Notes: generated by a model not told the origin, from the sequence alone. A DNA stretch of 45,649 nt from Thermoguttaceae bacterium (GCA_045545275.1 JAZQAP010000242.1:1-45649), one strand, 5' to 3'. Shown: positions 1-10,902, counted from the stretch's first letter. Program-made: numbers and translations.

Positions 1-1377
1 CTCGTTTTCGTCTCGGGACACCCGGCGCGCACGAACCGCTTCAACACCGTCGCCGACCTGCAATACCAACGCGACGTCTACTACCCGCATATGATGAACA
101 AGTATCGACGACGCGAAGTAGCGTATCAAGTTTTCGGCTCCGAAAACGACGAAAACGCCCGTCGTATCGCGACTTCGCTCTTCCGCATTCAAAACTCGCG
201 CAAGAATCGCGGCGGGATTTTGAACGGTTTGCAAACGGTCGCGCTGATGCAAAAGAAGATCGACGCGGAAAACGAACTGCGTAAACTCGCCGCCGAAAAG
301 AACTTAATCGACGCGGCGTCCGACCCGTGGAAGGAAATCGAAACGATCATGGCCGGTTGGCGCGGGCGTTATCTCGCTCACGACCTCCTCGAAGCGAACG
401 AAGCGTTCACGAGCGCGACGGTTTCTAAAGCTCGCGGTATCGTGCGTTACGTTTCCGAAATGGCGAAGCCGGAAGCCGAGCGTCTCCCGGCGTATCGCGG
501 CGACGCGCTCGAAGGAACGCGCAACGGCTTGCTCGGCGGTTTCGGGGGCGACGCCGATATCGAAACGATGATGTTAACCGACGGTCTTTCGATGCTTTAC
601 GAATATTCGAAAGCGGTCGAAGGCGGGCGCGCGCTCGACGCCGTCGTGATTCCGCAAGCCGACTTCGACGGGATTTTCGACGGACTGTCGCCGAAATCTC
701 GCGCGACGCAAATTGTTCAAAAGTCGCAACTTAAAGACCGGAAATTCCGCGAGTCGCTTCTCGATATGAGTTGGGAAGACCTGCAAAAATCGGACGATCC
801 GGCGATTCGTTTGGCGTTGGCCGTCGAGCCGACCGCTCGCGCTCTCCGCGATTACAACGAAGCGGAAGTCGCCGGCCCGTCGCGCGCCGCCTACGCGAAA
901 ATCGCGAAGATTCGGTTCGCCGTTTACGGAACGGAAGTCTATCCGGACGCGACGTTTACGCTCCGTCTTTCGTTCGGTAAAGTCGCCGGTTACACGGAAG
1001 ACGACGGAACGCAAGTCCCGTTCGAAACGAAGATTAGCGGCGCTTACGAACACGCGCGCGAACATAACTTCGCCGATCCGTTCGACTTATCGCAATCTTG
1101 GCTCGACGCGGAAGCCGCCGGCAAAGCGCCGATGGACGCGCCGATCAACTTTGTTACGACGAACGACATTATCGGCGGCAACTCCGGAAGCCCAGCCGTC
1201 AACTCGAAGGGCGAAGTCGTCGGGCTGATCTTCGACGGAAACATCCAATCTCTCGTGCTGAACTTCACTTACGACGACGAAATTTCGCGCGCCGTGCTCG
1301 TTCACTCGACCGGGATTCGCGAAGCGGTTCGCAGTATTTACAACTTGCCGCAACTCGCCGACGAACTCGGAAAGTAA
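1..1377 (+). CDS. S46-family serine peptidase (dipeptidyl-peptidase 7/11-like), 5' end outside window
   Basis: Frame 1 is open from nt 1; LVFVSGHPARTNRFNTVADLQYQRDVYYPH precedes the first Met at 91, so the gene starts upstream of the window. The C-terminal TTNDIIGGNSGSPAVNSKGEVVGLIFDGN carries the catalytic-Ser GNSGSP motif typical of peptidase S46. Confidence 0.85.
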   Translation, partial: LVFVSGHPARTNRFNTVADLQYQRDVYYPHMMNKYRRREVAYQVFGSENDENARRIATSLFRIQNSRKNRGGILNGLQTVALMQKKIDAENELRKLAAEKNLIDAASDPWKEIETIMAGWRGRYLAHDLLEANEAFTSATVSKARGIVRYVSEMAKPEAERLPAYRGDALEGTRNGLLGGFGGDADIETMMLTDGLSMLYEYSKAVEGGRALDAVVIPQADFDGIFDGLSPKSRATQIVQKSQLKDRKFRESLLDMSWEDLQKSDDPAIRLALAVEPTARALRDYNEAEVAGPSRAAYAKIAKIRFAVYGTEVYPDATFTLRLSFGKVAGYTEDDGTQVPFETKISGAYEHAREHNFADPFDLSQSWLDAEAAGKAPMDAPINFVTTNDIIGGNSGSPAVNSKGEVVGLIFDGNIQSLVLNFTYDDEISRAVLVHSTGIREAVRSIYNLPQLADELGK

Positions 1378-1541
1378 ACGATTAAAGAGTTTAGCCGAAT
1401 TGTTTTAAGCGAGTCATCGCTTGGCGCGGCGTTCGTTTGAACGAGCGAACGTCGCTAACCCTTGAAAACGCCGACGTTGCGGTAATTTAGCGCGGCGTCG
1501 GCGACTTTTGAACGCGTCGAAAAGACGCGATTTTCGAAAAA

Positions 1542-2174
1542 ATGACGAAACGACCTTATTTAATTTTCGGTACCGGCAACGCGCACAAGGGAATTGAAGC
1601 GACGGAAATCGTTGCGCCGACGGGCGTTACGTTGCGAACGCTCGCCGAGTTTCCGGAAGCGATCGACGTCGTCGAGGACGGCGAAACGTTCGCCGAGAAC
1701 GCGCGTAAAAAAGCGATCGAGCAAGCGCGACATTTGCAAACCTTTGTTCTCGCGGAGGATAGCGGTATTTGCGTCGACTTTTTGAACGGCGCGCCCGGCG
1801 TCCTGTCGGCCCGCTTCGCCGGGGAAAACCCGCGTTCCGACCAACGTAACAACGAGTTTTTGCACGAAAAATTGGCCGACGTTCCGCTCGAAAAACGGAC
1901 GGCGCACTACGTTTGTCATATGGTGTTGGCGGCGCCGACCGGCGAAATCGAGTTTGAAGCGGAAGAGCGCTGCCGCGGTCGCATTTTGCTTAACCCAAGC
2001 GGAACCAACGGTTTCGGTTACGACCCGTTGTTTGAAGTCGTCGAGTTTCACCGCACGTTTGGCGAGCTTGCGCCGGAAATTAAGCGCGCGATCAGCCACC
2101 GAGCGAGAGCGACGCGGCGTCTCATTCCGAAACTTTTCGAGTTGGTCGCCGCCGGAAAATTGCCGACGATGTAA
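1542..2174 (+). CDS. rdgB: XTP/dITP diphosphatase (Ham1/RdgB family)
   Basis: The 210-aa product has Ham1-family motifs FGTGNAHK, EDSGICVDFLNGAPGVLSARF, FGYDPLF and ISHRARA. The length is typical of the family. Confidence 0.9.
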   Translation: MTKRPYLIFGTGNAHKGIEATEIVAPTGVTLRTLAEFPEAIDVVEDGETFAENARKKAIEQARHLQTFVLAEDSGICVDFLNGAPGVLSARFAGENPRSDQRNNEFLHEKLADVPLEKRTAHYVCHMVLAAPTGEIEFEAEERCRGRILLNPSGTNGFGYDPLFEVVEFHRTFGELAPEIKRAISHRARATRRLIPKLFELVAAGKLPTM

Positions 2175-2245
2175 TCGCCGAATCGACGTTTGGTTTAAAC
2201 GTCGCGCTCAAATGTAATCGCCGAAAATAAAGAAGATAGAAGACG

Positions 2246-3511
2246 ATGGAAAACCTTAGCGAATATTGTTTGCGCGTTGCGAAGGACGCGAAAAAAGCGT
2301 CGCGCGCTCTTGCCGCCGTTTCGGGCGCCAAGAAAAACGAATGGATTAACTTGTGCGCCGACAAGCTCTTAGAGCGTAAAGACGAAATTCTCGTCGAAAA
2401 CGCGAAAGACCTCGAAGCGGCGCGTCAAAGCGGCTTGAAAGCGTCGATGATCGACCGCTTAACCTTGTCGGAAAAGACGTTGCGCGAAATGGCGACGGCG
2501 TTGCGCGAAATCGCCGCGTTTCCGGATCCGATCGGCGCGACGATCGGGTCGACGATTCGTCCGAACGGTCTTGAAGTGCAAAAAGTGCGAACGCCGATCG
2601 GCGTCGTTTTCTTCGTTTACGAATCGCGACCGAACGTAACGACCGACGCCGCGGCGATTTGCGTCAAGAGCGGAAACGCCGTCGTCTTGCGCGGCGGGAA
2701 AGAGGCGTTCCATTCGAACGCGATTCTCGGACGCGTTCTCGCCGACGCGGCGCGGGAAGTCGGCTTGCCGGAATGCGCGGCGCAACTCTTGAACACGACG
2801 GATCGTAACGCGGTCGACGAGTTCCTTCGGTTGCCGCAGTATGTCGACGTCGCGATTCCGCGCGGCGGCGAGGCGTTGGTCAAACGCGTTACCGAGAACG
2901 CGCAAATGCCGGTCATCAAACACTTTGCGGGAAACTGCCATCTTTACGTCGACAAAGACGCCGACTTGAACGTCGCGGAGAAAGTTCTCGTCAACTCTAA
3001 GTGCCAGCGTCTCGGGACTTGCAATACGGTCGAGTCGTTGGTCGTTCATTCGGACGTCGCGGCGACGGCGCTTCCGCAACTCCTTGCCGCTCTTAAAGAT
3101 AACGGCGTCGAAATTCGCGGCGACGAACGGACGCGCTCGCTCGCTCCGAACGTCGACGTTTTGGAAGCGACCGACGACGATTTCTACCGCGAATACTTGG
3201 CGGCGATCGTTTCGGTGAAAGTCGTCGATTCGATCGAGGAAGCGATCGAGCATATCAACGAACACAGCTCCGGGCATACGGAAGTGATTATTACCAAAGA
3301 CGTTAAGGCGTCCAAGAAGTTTGCGACGGAAATCGACAGCGCGGCGGTGATGATCAACGCGAGTTCGCGCCTTCACGACGGCGGTCAATTTGGGCTCGGC
3401 GCCGAAATCGGTATCAGCACCGACAAATTTCACGTTCGCGGCCCGTGCGGCGTCGACGACTTAACGAGTTATAAATACGTTGTTTACGGAGACGGAATTT
3501 TGCGCGGTTGA
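2246..3511 (+). CDS. proA: Glutamate-5-semialdehyde dehydrogenase (gamma-glutamyl phosphate reductase)
   Basis: The 421-aa product reads as ProA along its full length. Examples are VIFESRPNVT-like VFFVYESRPNVTTDAAAICVKSGNAVVLRGGKEA, IPRGG, NAKCQRLGTCNTVESLLVH-like NSKCQRLGTCNTVESLVVH and HSSGHTE. Confidence 0.93.
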   Translation: MENLSEYCLRVAKDAKKASRALAAVSGAKKNEWINLCADKLLERKDEILVENAKDLEAARQSGLKASMIDRLTLSEKTLREMATALREIAAFPDPIGATIGSTIRPNGLEVQKVRTPIGVVFFVYESRPNVTTDAAAICVKSGNAVVLRGGKEAFHSNAILGRVLADAAREVGLPECAAQLLNTTDRNAVDEFLRLPQYVDVAIPRGGEALVKRVTENAQMPVIKHFAGNCHLYVDKDADLNVAEKVLVNSKCQRLGTCNTVESLVVHSDVAATALPQLLAALKDNGVEIRGDERTRSLAPNVDVLEATDDDFYREYLAAIVSVKVVDSIEEAIEHINEHSSGHTEVIITKDVKASKKFATEIDSAAVMINASSRLHDGGQFGLGAEIGISTDKFHVRGPCGVDDLTSYKYVVYGDGILRG

Positions 3512-3646
3512 CGTAAAGTTTTAACGCGTCGCTTGGTCTCTTGGGGAAGAAAAGCGAGCGGTCGAAACCGGCGTTTGTTAACGCAAACGTAGGCTTTTAT
3601 TTGGTTTAGCTTTTAACGTTTTCGTAGGTTTTCGACGTTTATTTCG

Positions 3647-6600
3647 ATGAGTTCTCAAGTTTCGTTGCATCGCGTTCAACGTAAGTTGGCTAAAGTGTTC
3701 CTGTTAGATCGCGAGCCGTTGCGCCGTCGTCTCGTTCGTTTGCAGCAAGAGTTTGAAAATTTGGCGCAAGAAAGAGTCGACGCGGCGTCGCAAACGGGAA
3801 AAGCTCCTTGCGAAGAACCGCAACCCGTTGGGAAAATTGAGGATACGCCGATCGGAGGTTGGGAAAAGCGGTTGCGCGAACTTTCGGACGATTGCGACGC
3901 GTCGATCGAAAAAGTCGAGCGTCGTCGAAAGTCTTTTCCAAAAATAACTTACGATGTAAGTTTGCCGGTTTCGGAACGTCGCGACGAGTTGAAAAAATTG
4001 ATAGCGGAAAACCAAGTCGTCGTCGTTTGCGGCGAAACGGGGAGCGGAAAGTCGACGCAGCTACCTAAAATCTGCCTAGAACTGGGTTTGGGCGCTCGCG
4101 GTTTGATCGGACACACGCAACCGCGGCGCCTTGCCGCGCGCTCGATCGCGCAACGCGTCGCCGACGAGTTGCAAACCCCGTTAGGACAACATGTTGGTTA
4201 TAAAGTGCGTTTTAACGACGAGACGTCGGATAAGACGTTGATTAAACTGATGACCGACGGGATTTTGCTCGCCGAATCGCAAAACGACCGATTTTTCAAT
4301 CGTTACGAGGTTATTATTGTCGACGAAGCGCACGAACGGTCGCTCAACATCGACTTTTTGCTCGGGATGATGAAGCGCGTCTTGCGAACGCGGCGCGACC
4401 TCAAACTGATTATCACCTCGGCGACGATCGACGCAAAGCGTTTTGCGGAACACTTTACGTCGAGCAAGGGGCCGGCGCCGATCATCGAAATTTCCGGACG
4501 AACTTATCCGATCGAGACGCTCTATCGACCGGTCGACGAGTGGAAGTTGCGTCAGGAAGAGCGCGAGCGAGAGAACGACGCGGATTTCGGCAAAGGTAAT
4601 TCAAACGGACGCAACGACTTGCGGCGACGCGAATTCGACGACGAAGACGCGTTCGAGAAGACGTTGCTTGAAGCGGTCGACGAATTAGCGCGTCGCGAAC
4701 GGGGCGACATGTTGATCTTTATGCCGACCGAACGCGATATTTTCGAGACGGCTAAGTTGCTGAAAAAACACGAGATACCGGGGGACGATTCGCGAAGAAA
4801 AACCGAAATTTTGCCTCTCTACGCTCGCTTGCCGTCGACCGAACAGCAAAAGATTTTCGGCAAAACAAGTTGGCGTAAAATCGTCGTCGCGACGAACGTC
4901 GCCGAATCCTCGTTGACGGTTCCCGGGATTCGGTACGTTATCGATTCCGGAACGGCGCGCATAAGTCGTTATTCGGCAAGGTCTAAGACTCAACGTTTGC
5001 CGGTGGAACCGATTTCGCAAGCGTCGGCGGATCAGCGAGCGGGGCGTTGCGGACGCGTCGGGCCCGGCGTCTGCGTTCGACTTTATAGCGAACGCGATTA
5101 CTTGTCGCGACCGCGTTACACGACGCCGGAGATTCAACGCACCAATTTGGCGTCGGTCATTTTGCAAACGAAGGCGCTCAAACTCGGCGCGGTCGAGCGG
5201 TTTCCGTTTATCGATCCGCCTCGAAACGCTTCAATTATCGACGGTTACAAAACGCTCTTCGAACTCGGCGCGGTCGACGAAAAGAACGAGTTAACCGAAA
5301 TCGGACGTAAACTTAGCCGACTTCCGATCGACCCGCGCATCGGACGAATGATTTTCGCCGCCGACGAAGAGAACGCTTTGCGCGAAATTTTGATCGTCGC
5401 CGGCGCGCTCGAAATTCAAGACCCAAGGGAACGACCGCGCGAACAGCAAGAAAAAGCGGACGAAAAACACGCGCCGTTCCTCGACGAGAATAGCGACTTT
5501 ATGTCGTATCTTAAACTTTGGGATTTTTGGCAAAATTTGAAGGAAAAAACGTCGCGCAACCAATTGCGTAAGGCTTGCCGCGAGAACTTTCTCTCCTTCA
5601 ACCGAATGCGCGAGTGGTCGGACGTTTACGTTCAATTGTTGCAACTTGTTAAAGGTCAATCGCTTGAGGTGAAGAAACGTCGCGACGATTACGACGCGAT
5701 TCATCGTTCCGTCTTGACCGGGTTGTTATACGGCGTCGCGCAAAAAGAAGAAACGGGTTCGGAGTACCGCTCCACCAATTCAGGAAAATTCGTTCTTTGG
5801 CCGGGTTCCGGACTTAAAAAGAAACCCGCTTGGGTCGTCGGCGCGGAGCGTTTGGAGACGACGCGAGCTTATTTACGGACTGTCGCGCGCATCAATCCCG
5901 ATTGGATCGAGGAGATCGGCGGGCGGCTTCTCGAACGGACGCGCCGCGACCCGTTTTGGAATCGCGAGACCGGCTGCGTTCACGCTTACGAACAGGCGAC
6001 GCTTTACGGATTGACGATTATTCCGAAACGTCGCGTTAATTTTGGCCCGATCGACCCGGTTAAGTCTCGCCAAATATTTATTTACGAAGCGCTTGTAAAT
6101 CGCGATTTCGACTGTTCGCTTCCTTTTTTCGAACATAACCGCGCCGTTTTTGAAGAGGCCGAACGACTTCGCGATAAGTTGCGGAAGTACGATTTCATTA
6201 AATCGCTCGACGCAATTTACGATTTTTACGACGCGAAGTTGCCGGATTCCGTTTATGACGCCGTGTCGCTGAAAAAGTGGTGGAAGAAAGCGCCGCAAAA
6301 GAAGCGAGAAGCGTTGTTTGCAAAGCTCGACGATTTTTGCGCCGGAGCGATCGACGCGGAAACCGCCGCCGCGTTTCCGGATGAAGCGACGTTTGACGGT
6401 AGTTCGCAACTGCCGTTAAAATATCGATTTAGCCCCGGTGAATCGGACGACGGCGCGTCGCTGATCGTTCCGTTGGAAGGGTTGCGACAACTTGAAACGC
6501 GTCGGCTCGGTTGGCTGGTGCCGGGATTGGTCGAACAAAAGATCGTCGCGATGTTGAAGACGCTTCCGAAGGAAATTCGGCGCGAAATCGTTCCGATTCC

Positions 6601-7783
6601 GGATACCGCCCGCGAGATTGTCAAGCGAATTTCGTTTGGCGACGGTTCGCTCGAAGAGGTTGTCGCGCAAGAGGTTAGTCGACTGGCCGGGCGTCGGACG
6701 ACGGTCGCGGATTTTGATCTCGAACGAACGCCGCCGGAATTGCTCTTGAATCTTAAAGTCGTCGACGACGCGGGAGAGCTGTTGGCCGAGGGGCGCGACG
6801 CGGGCGAATTGCGCGAACGACTCGGCGTCGAGATGAATAAATCGATCGGCGCCGTCGTCGACCCGCAATGGAACCGCGACGGTTTAACGACTTGGGACTT
6901 TGGAACGCTCCCGGAATCGATTTCGATTTCGCGCGGTTCGCTAACCGTTTCGGCTTATCCGGCCCTTTGCGACCCGCGATTTTTGACCAATTCGTTTTCG
7001 CCGAGCGCGCCGGAGGCCCGAACGGTCGCGACGCGGCTTTTCGATTCGAAAGATAAAGCGTTTCGCAATACGAAGTTAGGCGTTATTCGGCTTTTCAACT
7101 TGGCGAACTCTCGCGATCTGAAAACGCAAGCGCGTTGGTTGCCGCAACTCGATAAATTACAAACGTTTTCGCGAGCGATCGCCGATTTCGATTTGACGGC
7201 GGCGCTCGCGGAAACGATCGGGGCGCGGGCGCTCGACTTAGACGACGCGAAGTCGCTTCCTTCTAACGAAGGAGAATTTAACGACTTAGCGAAGCGCGGA
7301 CGGGAGCGAATCGGGTACGCGACGCAGGACGTCGCCGGATGGATCGTTCGCTTTCTCGAAAATTACCAAGAAGCGCGGTTGGCGATTGAAAAACGACGAG
7401 GCGGCGCGGCGAACGCGGTCGCGATCGACGCCGCGAAACATTTGGCGCGTTTGACGGAGCCGCGTTTTTATTTGACGACGCCTTGGAATTGGTTGAAGGA
7501 GTTTCCGCGTTATTTTAAGGCGATTTCGGCGCGGTTCGAGAAGTGGCAGAACGGCGGCGCCGCGACCGACGCCGCGTTTGCGCAGGAGCTAAACGCTTAT
7601 TGGGAAAGATATTGCGAAGCGTTCGAACGGAACGAAAACGCCGGGATTTTCGATCCGGAACTTGAAACGTTCCGTTGGGCCCTCGAAGAATACCGCGTTT
7701 CGCTTTTCGCGCAAAAGTTAGGAACCGCGATGAAAATTTCGGCGGTTCGGCTCGAAAAGCAATGGGAAAAAACGACGCGATGA
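3647..7783 (+). CDS. hrpA: ATP-dependent RNA helicase HrpA (DEAH-box)
   Basis: The 1378-aa product has Walker A GETGSGKSTQLPK, DEAH box IIVDEAHERS, motif TSATID and QRAGRCGR. It also has the long HrpA-specific C-terminal extension. Confidence 0.93.
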   Translation: MSSQVSLHRVQRKLAKVFLLDREPLRRRLVRLQQEFENLAQERVDAASQTGKAPCEEPQPVGKIEDTPIGGWEKRLRELSDDCDASIEKVERRRKSFPKITYDVSLPVSERRDELKKLIAENQVVVVCGETGSGKSTQLPKICLELGLGARGLIGHTQPRRLAARSIAQRVADELQTPLGQHVGYKVRFNDETSDKTLIKLMTDGILLAESQNDRFFNRYEVIIVDEAHERSLNIDFLLGMMKRVLRTRRDLKLIITSATIDAKRFAEHFTSSKGPAPIIEISGRTYPIETLYRPVDEWKLRQEERERENDADFGKGNSNGRNDLRRREFDDEDAFEKTLLEAVDELARRERGDMLIFMPTERDIFETAKLLKKHEIPGDDSRRKTEILPLYARLPSTEQQKIFGKTSWRKIVVATNVAESSLTVPGIRYVIDSGTARISRYSARSKTQRLPVEPISQASADQRAGRCGRVGPGVCVRLYSERDYLSRPRYTTPEIQRTNLASVILQTKALKLGAVERFPFIDPPRNASIIDGYKTLFELGAVDEKNELTEIGRKLSRLPIDPRIGRMIFAADEENALREILIVAGALEIQDPRERPREQQEKADEKHAPFLDENSDFMSYLKLWDFWQNLKEKTSRNQLRKACRENFLSFNRMREWSDVYVQLLQLVKGQSLEVKKRRDDYDAIHRSVLTGLLYGVAQKEETGSEYRSTNSGKFVLWPGSGLKKKPAWVVGAERLETTRAYLRTVARINPDWIEEIGGRLLERTRRDPFWNRETGCVHAYEQATLYGLTIIPKRRVNFGPIDPVKSRQIFIYEALVNRDFDCSLPFFEHNRAVFEEAERLRDKLRKYDFIKSLDAIYDFYDAKLPDSVYDAVSLKKWWKKAPQKKREALFAKLDDFCAGAIDAETAAAFPDEATFDGSSQLPLKYRFSPGESDDGASLIVPLEGLRQLETRRLGWLVPGLVEQKIVAMLKTLPKEIRREIVPIPDTAREIVKRISFGDGSLEEVVAQEVSRLAGRRTTVADFDLERTPPELLLNLKVVDDAGELLAEGRDAGELRERLGVEMNKSIGAVVDPQWNRDGLTTWDFGTLPESISISRGSLTVSAYPALCDPRFLTNSFSPSAPEARTVATRLFDSKDKAFRNTKLGVIRLFNLANSRDLKTQARWLPQLDKLQTFSRAIADFDLTAALAETIGARALDLDDAKSLPSNEGEFNDLAKRGRERIGYATQDVAGWIVRFLENYQEARLAIEKRRGGAANAVAIDAAKHLARLTEPRFYLTTPWNWLKEFPRYFKAISARFEKWQNGGAATDAAFAQELNAYWERYCEAFERNENAGIFDPELETFRWALEEYRVSLFAQKLGTAMKISAVRLEKQWEKTTR

Positions 7784-7811
7784 CGTTCCCTAACCGACGA
7801 CGGCGCAACGG

Positions 7812-9152
7812 TTAAGCGGTTGAAACGCTCGAACCGCGCCGAGGAGCGGAACGCCGAAACTCGAACGCGATAAAAAGGGCGAACGCTCCCCAAAAAAAGA
7901 AACCTAAACGTCGACGCGCGCTTGTTTTATCGAGTTGCGCGGCGGCGTTTTTTTTCGTTGGAACGGCGCGTTCGGCGAACGTTTCCGGCGAATCGCCGGA
8001 GTCGGAAACGTCGGTAAAGAAACAGGTTGCGAGCGATTCTTGCAACGCGAAATCGACCGTTTTTTCAACGAGCGGGACGAAGGACGGCGCAAACGCCAAC
8101 GCGCTTAACGCCGCGTCGGGCGCGGTCGCGCACCAAAGAACGACGCCCTTATTCGGCGCGGATAAAAGAGTTAACGTCGGAACGTTGGATGTCGCGTCGC
8201 GGAGAACGGGAAGAGCGTCGGGGCCGACGAGCGGGAACGAACGCCAAACGGGGAGCGCGTCGACGCCGGAACGCTCGAAACCGGGAAAAGCGGCGGCGAA
8301 GGAACGCTCTTTAACGTCAACGTTCGCAACGGTTTGAAACGCGTCGCAAACGGCGGGGGCGGTCGACGCGGCAAGCGTCCCGGTCGCCGGTTCGAACGCG
8401 ACGGCGAGCGTTTGAACGTCGAGATTCCAGCGGCGCCACACGGCGTCCCAACGTTTGGCGGCGGTTCGCGACCCGGCGAAGATTAGGAGAGCGCGGGGCG
8501 AGTCGGGCGAGGCGGCGGCGAGAAACCGTTCCGTTTTGGCAAGTTCCGCGTCGGTCGGGGCGGAAAGGTCGACCCAACAAATCGCGTCGAATGCGGTTAA
8601 CGCGTTGGTCGGCGTCAGCGCAAAGTCGGCGGACGAAACGAGTTCGACTTGCGGAAGATTTTGCGTTTCAACGGGTTGCGTCGCGTCAAAATTGGGGTTT
8701 AGCGCGGCGGCCAAATAAAACGCGGCGTCGCTCGAACGCGTCGCGGCGTTTCGAAGGTTCGAATCGTCGGGAAACGGCGGGCCGGAGTCGCTTCCGTCGA
8801 CGATTAAGACGCGCGCCGAGCGACCGTCGATTTTCCCATTGGCGACGCGTTGAAGCGTCGCGGTAAGTCGCGATTCAGCGGGAGTTGGAGACGTTTCGCT
8901 AAAAAACGAGAAGAAAGTCGGAGACGGCGCCGCCCAGATGAGAACGAGCGTTAAGAGCGCGCACGAACGGATTGTCGCTAAGACAAGTAAACGTCGCTCT
9001 TTACGGCGGACGGCGCGGCGAAGCGACGGCGCGAGCAAACGAACCGCCGGAAACGAAACGCGCGGCGGAGGCGCCGTCGGACGTCGGCGGCGAAGAAAAA
9101 GCCAAGGAAGCGCGAGCGTCGCCAACGCGAAAAGAGCCCAAGGATTTTGCAT
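7812..9152 (-). CDS. BatA-domain (N-terminal double-transmembrane) membrane protein, function unknown
   Basis: The N-terminus MQNPWALFALATLALPWLFLRRRRP matches the aerotolerance-regulator N-terminal (BatA/TIGR02226-type) pattern of a TM helix followed by an RRRR stop-transfer. A second TM helix lies at LLVLATIRSCALLTLVLIW and a C-terminal TM segment is also present. Codon usage is like the neighbouring genes. Confidence 0.7.
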   Translation of the reverse strand: MQNPWALFALATLALPWLFLRRRRPTAPPPRVSFPAVRLLAPSLRRAVRRKERRLLVLATIRSCALLTLVLIWAAPSPTFFSFFSETSPTPAESRLTATLQRVANGKIDGRSARVLIVDGSDSGPPFPDDSNLRNAATRSSDAAFYLAAALNPNFDATQPVETQNLPQVELVSSADFALTPTNALTAFDAICWVDLSAPTDAELAKTERFLAAASPDSPRALLIFAGSRTAAKRWDAVWRRWNLDVQTLAVAFEPATGTLAASTAPAVCDAFQTVANVDVKERSFAAAFPGFERSGVDALPVWRSFPLVGPDALPVLRDATSNVPTLTLLSAPNKGVVLWCATAPDAALSALAFAPSFVPLVEKTVDFALQESLATCFFTDVSDSGDSPETFAERAVPTKKNAAAQLDKTSARRRLGFFFWGAFALFIAFEFRRSAPRRGSSVSTA

Positions 9153-9215
9153 CGCAAGTCGTTGGTTGGGAAGGAAATAAGGCGGAAGCGAGAACGGCGA
9201 ACGCGCGTTCGCTCC

Positions 9216-9255
9216 AAAAAAAATCCGCTCCGACGTTTTATTATATCGGAGCGGA
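9216..9255 (-). terminator. Intrinsic terminator downstream of the alkaline phosphatase gene
   Basis: A perfect 10-bp stem, tccgctccga (9224-9233) pairing with tcggagcgga (9246-9255), encloses a 12-nt loop. On the minus strand it is followed by a T8 run (A8 at 9216-9223 on the plus strand). It sits about 65 nt after the stop at 9319. Confidence 0.75.
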
Positions 9256-9318
9256 AAGAACGCGTCAAGCGCTAACGATTCGACGACGTAACGCTAAGCG
9301 CCGTCGAAGGTTGCGAAA

Positions 9319-10791
9319 TCATTTCAAGCCGGACGCCGCTTTCATCAGGTTGAAAACGTCGCTGTTGTAAATGAAGTCGCCGCTGAAGTCCCACATTTCG
9401 CCGGCTTCTTCGTCGTTACCGCGGATAAATTCTTTGACCGACTCGACGCCTTGGCCCTTGGCGTAAACCGGGACGAGCCAGTGCGAGTGGCCGGACGAGA
9501 GATATTGAACTTCCGGGCATTCGCCGATATCCGACTCTTCGAGTTCTTCAAATTCGTTAAATTCGTCTTTTTTCGGATCGAATTTGCCGTTTTCGTCCAT
9601 ATCTTCGTAGGTTCCCGGGCCCCAAATGCAGCCGGTTTCGTGGTCGGACGTAACGATCATAATCGTGTCTTCCCAAGACGAGTATTTTTCGACCCAAGCG
9701 ATCGCGGCGTCGATCGCCTTCGAGAAGGCGGCGTGTTCGAGCGCCGAGTTTTGCGCGTTGCGACCGTGGTTCGCGTGGTCGATCGCGCCGCCTTCGACCA
9801 TCAGGTAGAAGCCTTTGTCGTTTTGCGCCAAGACGTTAAGCGCGCCGAGCGTCATATCGGTCAGCGTCGGGGTGTTGGCGAGCGCTTCTTCCGAATAACG
9901 TTCTTTGACGAAGTTTTCGTCGTCCGCGAAACCGTCGACCGGGAGGAGGTCGTCGAAGTCGCGCCCGACGCCGAGGATTTTCTTCGGAAGATTAGTCGGG
10001 TTCGTATCCGGGGTCATTTTGGCCAATTCGGCGAACTTTTCGCGTTCGTCGATGAACTTCCAACCCTTGTAACCTTCGTCTTTAGAGACGGCTTCCCAAA
10101 CTTCGCGCCCGCCGACGAATTGATAGTTGAGTTCTTCCGGTTTTTTATTGATTTTCGAGCCGCGTTTGTAGGCCGGGTGCCCGGAACCGAAGAGAACGGT
10201 CAACGGGAGGTCGTTGATTTGCTCTTTCGAGATTTCTTCGTAATTACCGCGGCTCATATTGTGCGCGCTCGTTGTGGCGGGGGTGGCGTGCGAAATTTGA
10301 ACGGTCGTAACGACGCCGACCGAGCGACCCGCGCGGTAGTTGATATCGGCGAAGTTTTCGAGTTTTTTGCCGTCTTTCGAGAAACCGACGCGACCGCTTT
10401 GCGTTTTAACGCCGGTGTTGATGGCGGTGCCGGAGGCGGCGGAGTCGGTCGTCGGGCAATTGTCTTGAAGACGATGCATCGCTTTTTCCGGACCTTCCCA
10501 AATTTTGCCGACCGGGTAACCGTCGTCGTTTTTCGGGTCGTACTCCTCTTTGACGCAGAACGTCGCCGCGCCGAGCTTCACCGGGAACTTGTGATAAGAT
10601 TGCGCGTCCGGTTCGCCGTAACGCCAGTAAGTCCCGAGAATATCGGAGTTAAACCCCATCCCGTCGCCGATGAAGAGGATGACGTTCTTCGCTTTTTTCG
10701 CTTCTTGCGCCGTCGCGACGTCGAAAGTCGACGCGCCCAAAATCAACGCGAACGCCGCCGTCGCGACGCTCCAACCGAATACTTTTTTCAT
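9319..10791 (-). CDS. Alkaline phosphatase (PhoA family), secreted
   Basis: The product has a signal peptide (MKKVFGWSVATAAFALILGASTFDVATAQ). It has the metal site ILFIGDGMG, the active-site serine context TTDSAASGTAINTG, and later VTSDHETG and SGHSHW. Confidence 0.9.
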   Translation of the reverse strand: MKKVFGWSVATAAFALILGASTFDVATAQEAKKAKNVILFIGDGMGFNSDILGTYWRYGEPDAQSYHKFPVKLGAATFCVKEEYDPKNDDGYPVGKIWEGPEKAMHRLQDNCPTTDSAASGTAINTGVKTQSGRVGFSKDGKKLENFADINYRAGRSVGVVTTVQISHATPATTSAHNMSRGNYEEISKEQINDLPLTVLFGSGHPAYKRGSKINKKPEELNYQFVGGREVWEAVSKDEGYKGWKFIDEREKFAELAKMTPDTNPTNLPKKILGVGRDFDDLLPVDGFADDENFVKERYSEEALANTPTLTDMTLGALNVLAQNDKGFYLMVEGGAIDHANHGRNAQNSALEHAAFSKAIDAAIAWVEKYSSWEDTIMIVTSDHETGCIWGPGTYEDMDENGKFDPKKDEFNEFEELEESDIGECPEVQYLSSGHSHWLVPVYAKGQGVESVKEFIRGNDEEAGEMWDFSGDFIYNSDVFNLMKAASGLK

Positions 10792-10863
10792 TTGAATAGA
10801 CTCCTTGCAAGGTGTTGGCTTGCCGACGCGCTTCGGGTCGTTCCGGCGTCGCGGCTTTTCACT

Positions 10864-10892
10864 ATTTTACTCGATTTTCGCGAATTGTTAAA
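10864..10892 (-). promoter_or_regulatory. Possible sigma70-type promoter for the alkaline phosphatase gene
   Basis: The minus strand reads TTTAAC-17 nt-TAAAAT. The -35 is weak. The element lies about 75 nt upstream of the ATG at 10791, just after the stop of the upstream acyltransferase gene. Confidence 0.3.
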
Positions 10893-10902
10893 CGCCCCTT
10901 CG